64,000 nucleotides of DNA from an uncultured Candidatus Saccharibacteria bacterium (GTDB lineage: Bacteria; Patescibacteriota; Doudnabacteria; UBA920): the NCBI GenBank assembly GCA_964436545.1, contig CAYTCJ010000003.1, positions 70,041 through 134,040 of the forward strand. Reading direction: 5' to 3'. Below, piece after piece: positions 19,185 through 28,100 of the stretch (positions are counted from its first letter, which is position 1; each line of letters starts with the position of its first letter). Position numbers and translations under genes: made by a program. The notes beneath the pieces were generated by a model. It made no database searches. It was given only the letters and a program-made list of their open reading frames with translations, and was not told the origin of the DNA.

Positions 19185-22100
19185 GTGAAAGATACAAAAA
19201 GCAAAAATCAAAATAATTTCATTTCTTTATCTGAAGCAAGTGAAAAAACCGGGTATCACCAAGACTACCTTGGTTTTTTATGTAGAACTGGAAAGCTGGA
19301 AGGTTTTAAAATTGGCAGAAATTGGGTAATCACTCAGTCGGCTTTGGAAAGCTTTTTGGCCAATAACGCCAGTGGGCAAATTGAAGCCGTGCAGACCGTG
19401 CCGGTGAAGGTTATTGCACCTTCGGCGTCTGTCCCTGTGCCGGAAGTGAGGGCAGTAAGCCAAGAAGTGGAAAAGAGTAAACATGATCTTTCCAATTTGA
19501 AAAGAAAAGTTTTTGAAGATTTAAATTACCGCATAGGTAACTTAAATACTCAGCTCAATGAACTGGACGCTAAATTGGCTAACAGTCAAAAAGCGGTGGC
19601 TTTGCCGAATCAAGTCGCCACGGTTTCCACTCCGGTTTTACCTGCCGAAGATTTTGAGCCAAAAATCAAGCCGGAACTGAAAACTAAATTTGCTTCGGCT
19701 TTGGCTGTGGCTTCTAACCTGGAACCGGAGGAAAAAACTTTTGCTCCGCTTTCGGTGTTAAGCAAAGATGCTTTGTTAAAACTCAAAGAAAGTTTTCGGG
19801 TTAAGGCCAGAAATAATTTTTTGGCCCCGAGCTTGGCTATGGGTGTGGCGGTGTTGGCTTTTGTTTCTACCGTGGCGTGGAATTATTTGCAGGAAGATTT
19901 GTATAGAAATTATCAAACGCCGGCTGTGGTTTATAAAAATAATTTTGTGCCCCAGAGTCAACCCGCTTCCAGCACACCACCGGTCATAATTCAAAACGGT
20001 AACCAAATTGTCATTCGGGACAGATTCACCACCGAGACTGTGGTGAAGTCTTTGTCAGCCGATGCTAACTTGGTGAATCAACTGATAGACCAGAGATTAA
20101 ATAAATATTTGGCCGAAGGAAAATTTAAAGGTGAAAAAGGCGACACGGGCGCTCAGGGTCTGCAAGGCAGTAATGGTCAAACCGTGGGCGCTGGCGGGTA
20201 TGTGCCGTATGCCTATTACGCGCCGGTGCCGGCGAATAATTTTACCGGTGGCACAAGTTTGTCTTCCACCCAACTCTCCGCGAACAGCGGAGTAATTACC
20301 ACTTTAAGCGTGGGTGACCTTACCACAACGGGCAATGCGAGCATTGGTGGAACATTAAATGTTTCGGGCAATACGGGTTTATCTACCGCGAACATTACCA
20401 CACTCAATGTTGCTGGCACATCTAACTTGGCTACCACGACCATTAGTCAATTAAATATTTCCGGCAATGCGACCACCACGGGTAATTTAACGGTGCTGGG
20501 CACTTTTAATTTAAGTGGTTCGCTGTCTTCGGCTAGTGGCACTTTTTCCACCTTAGTGGTGAATGGCAATGCCACCACCACAGGTAATGCTGTGGTATCT
20601 GGCAATCAGCTAATTAGTGGCACATTGTCGGTGGTGGGCACTTCCACTTTAGCGACTACTTCTTTATCCGTGTTATCTGTGTCTGGTGCTCAATCTGTGA
20701 TAGGCACTTCTACTCTGGCGACCACCACCATTACAAATTTGTCTGTGTCCGGCAATTCCACTTATACCGGCAATTTAACTTTAGCTACCATGACACCGGG
20801 GTCGGTAATTTTTGCCGGGGTGGGTGGAGTGTTAAACCAAAATAATTCTAATTTTTTCTGGGATGATGCCAACAAATATTTTAACCTTGGCACTAACACC
20901 ATTTCTTCCACTCTTGCCATTCAAGGCAGTGGAGCGGTAAATCCTTTAACCATTGCTTCTTCTACGGGCACCACTTTGCTTACCGTTTTACCCACTGGCA
21001 ACGTGGGGATTGGGACGACAAATCCAGGGAATAAATTAGAAGTCAATGCGGGAGATATAAATATCATTGGCTCTGGTCAAGCATATCGTCAGGGGGGGTC
21101 GTGGCTCATAGGTATGCTTGGTACTTCAGCTTATGTTGGGGGTGGTTTGAGTGGTGATTTGCAATTGGGTGCGAATGCCAATGGTCAAATTACCATTAAA
21201 AATGGTGGCAACGTGGGCATTGGCACCACGACGCCATCAAGTCGATTGGATGTGTATGGTGCTCAGAGTGCTATCTCAGCAACAATTTACGGAGGCTCAA
21301 CAGTTGATAGCGCTCGCCGATCAGGTACACTGGCTCTTGGTGATGATACTACTGCTCAAGGCCGACTAAGTTATGGATATGGTTCAGGTGTACTTTATTT
21401 GGACAATACATACAATCATGCTAATGGTGATATTTACGTCCGAACTCAAACATCGGGTACACCAGTTAATGCATTAGTTGTAAAAGGTGGCGGTAATGTT
21501 GGTATTGGCACTACCACTCCGGGAGCTTTGTTGCAGGTTGCAGGTACATCCGCTAACCCCAGCAATGCCAATGGTCAATTGCGAATTAGCGACAATAGCA
21601 ATGGAATAAAGCGTTTGTTGCTTGGTGTAAATACTTCTGCTTCCACGATGTATAGCTTTATCCAGTCAGTGGAGGCAGGGAATGCCTGGCGCGATTTAGT
21701 TCTACAACAAGAAGGTGGCAACGTGGGTATCGGCACCACGACTCCGGGTGCGAAGTTGCAGATTTATCCGAATGCCAATTCCACTATTGGTCTGATTGTG
21801 CAGGCCGATAACAACGGAGCTTCTAATATACAGCAGTGGCAACAGGCTAACGGCACATTGGTGGCCGCGGTTGGTAACAACGGTTCAATTGGGATTTTAG
21901 ACGGTTCCAAAATTTTGCTTGATGGGTTGTCCGGGTCTTCGTATTTGCAGGAGTCTGGTGGTTTGAATATAGTTTCCGGTTCCGGCAGGGATATAGTTTT
22001 AAGCGCCGGTGCCGGTGGTGAAAGACTAAGAATAAAAAATGACACCGGCAACGTAGGCATTGGCACCACGAGTCCTTCTCAGGCTTTGGAAATTAATGGT

Positions 22101-25100
22101 AATTTAAGATTCACTAACGCTGGTTCTTGGATAGATTTTGGGAATAATAAGTCCATTTACAATTACAACAATAATTTAAACTTTATTAATGGTGGTCCTT
22201 CTAATTCGGTTGTAATGACCATTGCCAATTCTAGCAACGTGGGGATTGCCACCACAACCCCACAGGCCAGATTGTCCGTGCAAGGTACGGGGACAGGTGG
22301 TGCTTTGTCATTTGCCACTTACAATTCCAACGCCCAGGATATTTTAACAGTCACTGATAATGCTAACTTGCAAATTGGCAGTACAGCCGGAAATATTGCC
22401 GGCACACTTACCGTTTATAACGGCAGTAGCGGGGATTTTAGCATAGCCGGCAATACTAGTACCGGGAACGTCACTATAAATAACGCAAACTCTGCCGGGG
22501 GAGATATTAACATCCAAACTCGTGGCACTTCTGCCATTTATGTAAAGAATGGGGGTAACGTCGGCATTGGCACAACTTCACCTTTAGCTAAGTTAGATGT
22601 GTATGGCAATTTGAATGTTGCCACAGGTTCTACTCCTACTTTGTTTGTAAATACTGCAACAGGAAATGTTGGGGTTAATACTACTAATTTAACGGATAAT
22701 TTTACAATAAAACCAACAAGTGCCGGGAAAGGTTTGGTAATTAGGGAGTCTGATGATGGTAATGAGGCTATAAGAGCTCTGGGTTTTACTGCCGGTGGGT
22801 TACTGTCTTTGCAGACCGGTGGTGTGAACTCCATTTATTTTGATGCTACCAGTGCATCGGGTATAACCTATTTTAATACCGGCAATGTGGGCATTGGCAC
22901 AACAACTCCACTTAGCAAATTAGCTGTAGTAGGCACCGCTGGTGCCAATCCCATTTTAGATTTAGCTTCCTCCACCGGCACATCGGTTCTTAGAGTGGCA
23001 GAAAGTGGAAATGTGGGGATTGGCACAGCGAGTCCAAGTGCGAAGTTGGATGTACAAGGTGGTTCTGGTCTTGCATTGATAGCAAGAGGTGGGGATTTGG
23101 GTTCGGGAACGACAATTTTTACCGTTCAAAATAATAGTGGCACGGGAATGTTCAGCGTGAGGGGGGATGGAGGAACGGGTATTTATACTGGATTGGGTAT
23201 TGGTTCAACATATGCTGGCACTCAACCACCAACAAACGGGGCGATAATTCAAGGAAATGTTGGTATTGGCACTAGCGGGCCTTCGGCTCCTTTGGAAGTT
23301 AGAGGTACAGCAAATAATGGTTCAGTTCAGACTGTTCAGTATTTAATTAATCCAGGAACAGGAAATGGGACTGGGGCTCAATTAGCAATAGGTTATTCAA
23401 CTAGTAGTGCAACACAGTACGGAGCTATTCAAGGGTATTATGATTCTACTTTAGGAGGTACTAAATTAGGACTGGTTGCAGGAGGTACAACTTTCTTGAC
23501 CGGAGATAAAAATGGCAATGTCGGTATTGGCACCACCACTCCACTTAGTAAATTAGCTGTAGTCGGCACAGCTGGTGCAAATCCCATTTTAGATTTAGCG
23601 TCATCTACTGGAACGAGTGTGCTTAGAGTAAGTGAAGCGGGGAATGTGGGGATTGGAACGACTACACCAAATGTTGGTTTATTGATAAATAAAGTTGGCA
23701 CTTTGTATGGTTTGAGTACTGCACTGCAAATTCAAACAGGAGCAATCCTTGCACCAAATAATAATGGTTTGTACACAGTTAATGCTGCTGGTACAGATGT
23801 TGTTCCGCTTATAAAAAGTGATACATCAAATAATACATGGATAAACCCAGGGGGTGCTGGTGTTATTAGATTTGGTGCCGGCGGTAGTAATGAATATATG
23901 AGACTGGATACAAATGGTAACCTAGGCATTGGCACCACCACCCCTCTAACCAAGTTAGTGGTAGCTGGAGCTACTAATAGTGGTATTACTCCCACAACAG
24001 GCACTTCGTTAACTTTAGACAGTATTAGCACAGACAACTATTTGACTGTTATAAGTAATTCCGCAAGTAACGCGGGACTTATATTTGGCAGTCACTCGTC
24101 GGCTTTTACCGGAGCTGTGGTGTATAACAATCCCAACAGTCAAATGGCCTTTAAAGTAGGTGGAAACAGTACCAAGATGGTTATAGATAGCAGTGGAAAT
24201 GTGGGCATTGGGACTACAACTCCTACAGGAATAATTGATGTAGTCGGTGGAAATAATGCTTATACTTATTTTAGAGGTGCAAGTGGACAACCTGCAATTC
24301 GTCTTCAGAAATTGGATTCAGCCACGGAGTTTTTAATCCGTGCACAGTCTAACGGTACAAGCCTTGAAAATTCGCTTGGGTCTGAACATTTATTTATTAC
24401 CACTGCTGGCAATATCGGCATCGGCACCAGCACCCCCGGTCGGACACTTTCTGTTGTAGGTGACATAAGAGCCACGGGTATTTTGTATGATTCATCTAAC
24501 TCAGCTGGCACGAGTGGGCAATTCCTTATGACTACTGCTACCGGTTATGCTTGGACAGCTACATCTACATTATTTGGTGGTAACCAAATCACCGGCAGTG
24601 GCACTAATGGTTATGTAGCTCGTTTTACTGGAGCCAACACTCTCTCTACCGGAGTCTTAATAGACAACGGCACAGTGGCTGGAGTGAATGCCACATCTTC
24701 CAGCTATACTTTTAACCTTCAGGGCGCTAGTGGTAAAGCCCCTTTAAACATTGCTTCTTCCACCGGCACTTCACTTTTGGTAGTGGACCAGACTGGGAAT
24801 GTGGGGATTGGGAATACCTCACTATTTTCAAAATTAAATATCATTGGTGATATTGGGCAATACTCTTCAAGTACAACAAGTGCAGGTTCTCCGTTAGGAA
24901 GCTCATTATATCTAGGAGATATTAATTTTTACAACAGCTTGTATTATAACAGTGCTCCAGGATTGAGTGCGGTTTATGACTCTGCGCACAATGTAGCAGC
25001 GGCATTGGCTTTCTATACTTATACAGGTAATCAGAATTCAAGAACAGAAAAAATGAGAATTACAAGTGCTGGCAATGTCGGTATTGGAACGACAAGTCCC

Positions 25101-28100
25101 TCGGCAAAATTGGCCATTGAAGGTTCAGATGTGAGATTAAATTTAAGTGATACTAGTGGTTCGGCACAATCCTTGATTGCCTTGCAAAGCTCTGGTGCGA
25201 CAAAATGGTTTACAGGAAAAAATGCTTCTAATGATTTTATTATTTATGACAATGTTGCATCAAGAAATGCTTTGCGTATAGCTCAAAGTGGCAATCTATT
25301 TTTGCAAGAAGGTGTCGGCAACGTGGGTATTGGCACCACGACACCAAACTGGAAATTGCAAGTAAGTTCTTCCGCTACATACAACAACGATGCCGGTGGG
25401 GCTTTTGCCATTACCGATTCCACCACACCGACTAAAAAAATCTTTTTAGGATACGATGCTTCAAACGATGTTGGTTTTATAAACACTGTGCAAACCGGAG
25501 TAGCCAATAAAAACTTAGCCATAAATGCTTCCGGAGGAAATGTCGGTATCGGCACAACATCAATGGCGGTTAAGCTTGTAGTGGAAGGCAATACTAATTT
25601 ATTAGGCACCAATAATGATGGCGGGGTTGCCACCTCGGCTTTAAATGTTAACGGTGCTTTTATGACCATTGGTGATTATTCTGGTGCACAAACTTTTTCT
25701 AATGGTATTGGAATTAAATTCAACGACACTGGGATTAATCACATGAGTATGAAATATACCCCTAGTGCCGGTAGGTTGGATTTTGGTCCATCGGACACTA
25801 ATTCTTATTTAACTATAAATAGCGGACAAGAAAGATTTAGTATAAATATGACTTCTGGGAATGTAGGCATTGGAACCACCACTCCCCAATACAAACTTTC
25901 AATAGATACTGCTGGTAATGATTATGGTGTAGTAATGGGACAGTCTGGAAGTGCCACTGGTAAAATATTAGGTTTAGGATACTTCCTAACTGGAGATTAT
26001 GGTGTTATTCAAGCGGTTCATCAGGGGACTGCTTATAAGAATTTGGCAATTAACCCGAACGGGGGGAATGTGGGTATAGGCACAGCGAGTCCAAATGATA
26101 AGTTGGAAGTAGCGGGTGGTACAACTGGTCGTGTCTTAATTACAGATGGTGGTGGGGCAAACAGAAAAGCATTAATTTTAGAGCAACCTGGATATAGTGG
26201 AAATTCTTATGCAAGAATAGAAGCTTACGATTATGGAGCTTCATCAGTTAAATCTTTAGCTATAAATGCTCTTGGTGGTAATGTTGGTATTGGCACAACA
26301 ACACCTGTAAGTCAGTTAGAAATCTATCAATCTGCTAATGTAAGTCCACAATTACGAATAGGCAACAACTACTTTAACCGAGGAATTGACTTTGGCTATG
26401 ACACCAATTCCGCCTTTATACAAGGTAAAGCGGATATTCTCTCTGCTCCCATTAGCTATCATCTAGCTTTAAACCCGAATGGGGGAAACGTCGGCATTGG
26501 CACCACCACTCCATCTGCAAAACTTTCTATTGCAGGTAGCACCAATGGAATACACCTTGGTCAGTGGTCAGGTTCATCTGCATACAATGCTCTCTACTTA
26601 AATAGTTCTCCGTCTGTAAATACAACTTATACCCTGCTCGCCAACGATACTGGAAGTGTGTTTTTGAATGCCAATGGTTCAGGTTCTATATATTTAAGGG
26701 AGGATAACAATAATCTGATGACCATAGATAATAATGGAAATGTGAGCAACGTCGGTAATTTGCTTGTAGGAAAAGATGCATCAACCCAAGATGCTTATAT
26801 AGATGTAGGGAATGCACGGTCAGGTAATGGTTATTCTTATGTTGATATTATTGGCGATGCGACTTACACCGATTTTGGTTTAAGATTGATAAGAGGTAAT
26901 GGAGGGGCTAATGCTTATTCTCAACTGGTTCACAGAGGCACAGGCACACTTTCGCTTTACACAATGGAAGCTTCTCCAATAGAGTTTTACACCAACAGTA
27001 GTGCATCAGCTAGAATGCATATTGCGAGTGGGGGAAATGTGGGGATTGGGACAACGGCTCCTGGTAGAAAGTTGGAAGTTAATGGCGGAACAGATACTAC
27101 TGGAAGGATAAGAATTTCTGGGGGTGGTGGTTCTGAACTAATTTCAGGTAATTTGGAATTTTATCACCAAACATCTGACCATAATTATAATTTAGCTATG
27201 GTTAATAACAATACCTTGACTTTGTTCAAAGGAACTTTTGGTGCAACAACCACGCCAATTATGACTTGGGATGGAACTGCGGGGAATGTGGGGATTGGCA
27301 CCACTACCCCACTTAGTAAATTAGCCGTCGTAGGCACAGCTGGTGCCAACCCGATTTTAGACATAGCCTCATCATCATCTACTTCTATTTTAAGAGTAAG
27401 TCATACGGGCAATGTGGGTATTGGCACTACTTCTCCAGCTGGCACCTTAGCCATTAAAGACAGCCTTAGCTCCAGTGGTTATTCTTTAGTGATTAACGAC
27501 TATTATAAATTTAGGGGTGATGGGAGATTTAATTTTGGTAATAATGCAACTCAAGGGGTTCTCTCTTGGGATGCCGGTATAGCTATAGTTGGGGCTCAGG
27601 TAGCTAATGATTTAAGTTTACACGCAGGCGATGTGGAAAAAGTGAGAATTACAACTGCTGGGAATGTTGGTATCGGTCTTAGTTCTCCAACAGCTAGATT
27701 AGAGGTTAGAAACTCTGGTACAGGAGATAGTGCTATATATGTAACCAACACAGTGGGTGGTGCACAAGCAACTCTTGGTGCTTGGTCGTCAAATGATGGT
27801 GCTATGCGACTTTGGAAAGCTGATGGAACAGAAAGTGTTAGACTCTTGGCAAATGGTGCAAGTCATTTAACTGGGGGGAATCTGGGTATTGGCACAGTGA
27901 GTCCTTCTTTTGCTCTTGATGTAAATAGTAATGTGATTGGAGTGGGTACAAAGTCAGCTAATGCGGGTTATGGTGGGCAAATAAGGTATAGAGATGATAC
28001 CGGCACAGCAAGGTGGATGATAGGTCTTAGTGGATCTGCCGGAGCTACGGCTTTGTATAACTCATATAACCTTACAAACGACCAAGTTTACATAACCACC

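Noticed and set aside
18250-19185. Replication origin
   Set aside because: AT-rich, but only one clear DnaA box and no dnaA/dnaN nearby; better explained as a divergent promoter region.
22880-27400. Thrice-repeated module as a DGR template/variable repeat, given the nearby Avd-like gene
   Set aside because: Differences are mainly synonymous and not adenine-specific, and there is no reverse transcriptase in the window.
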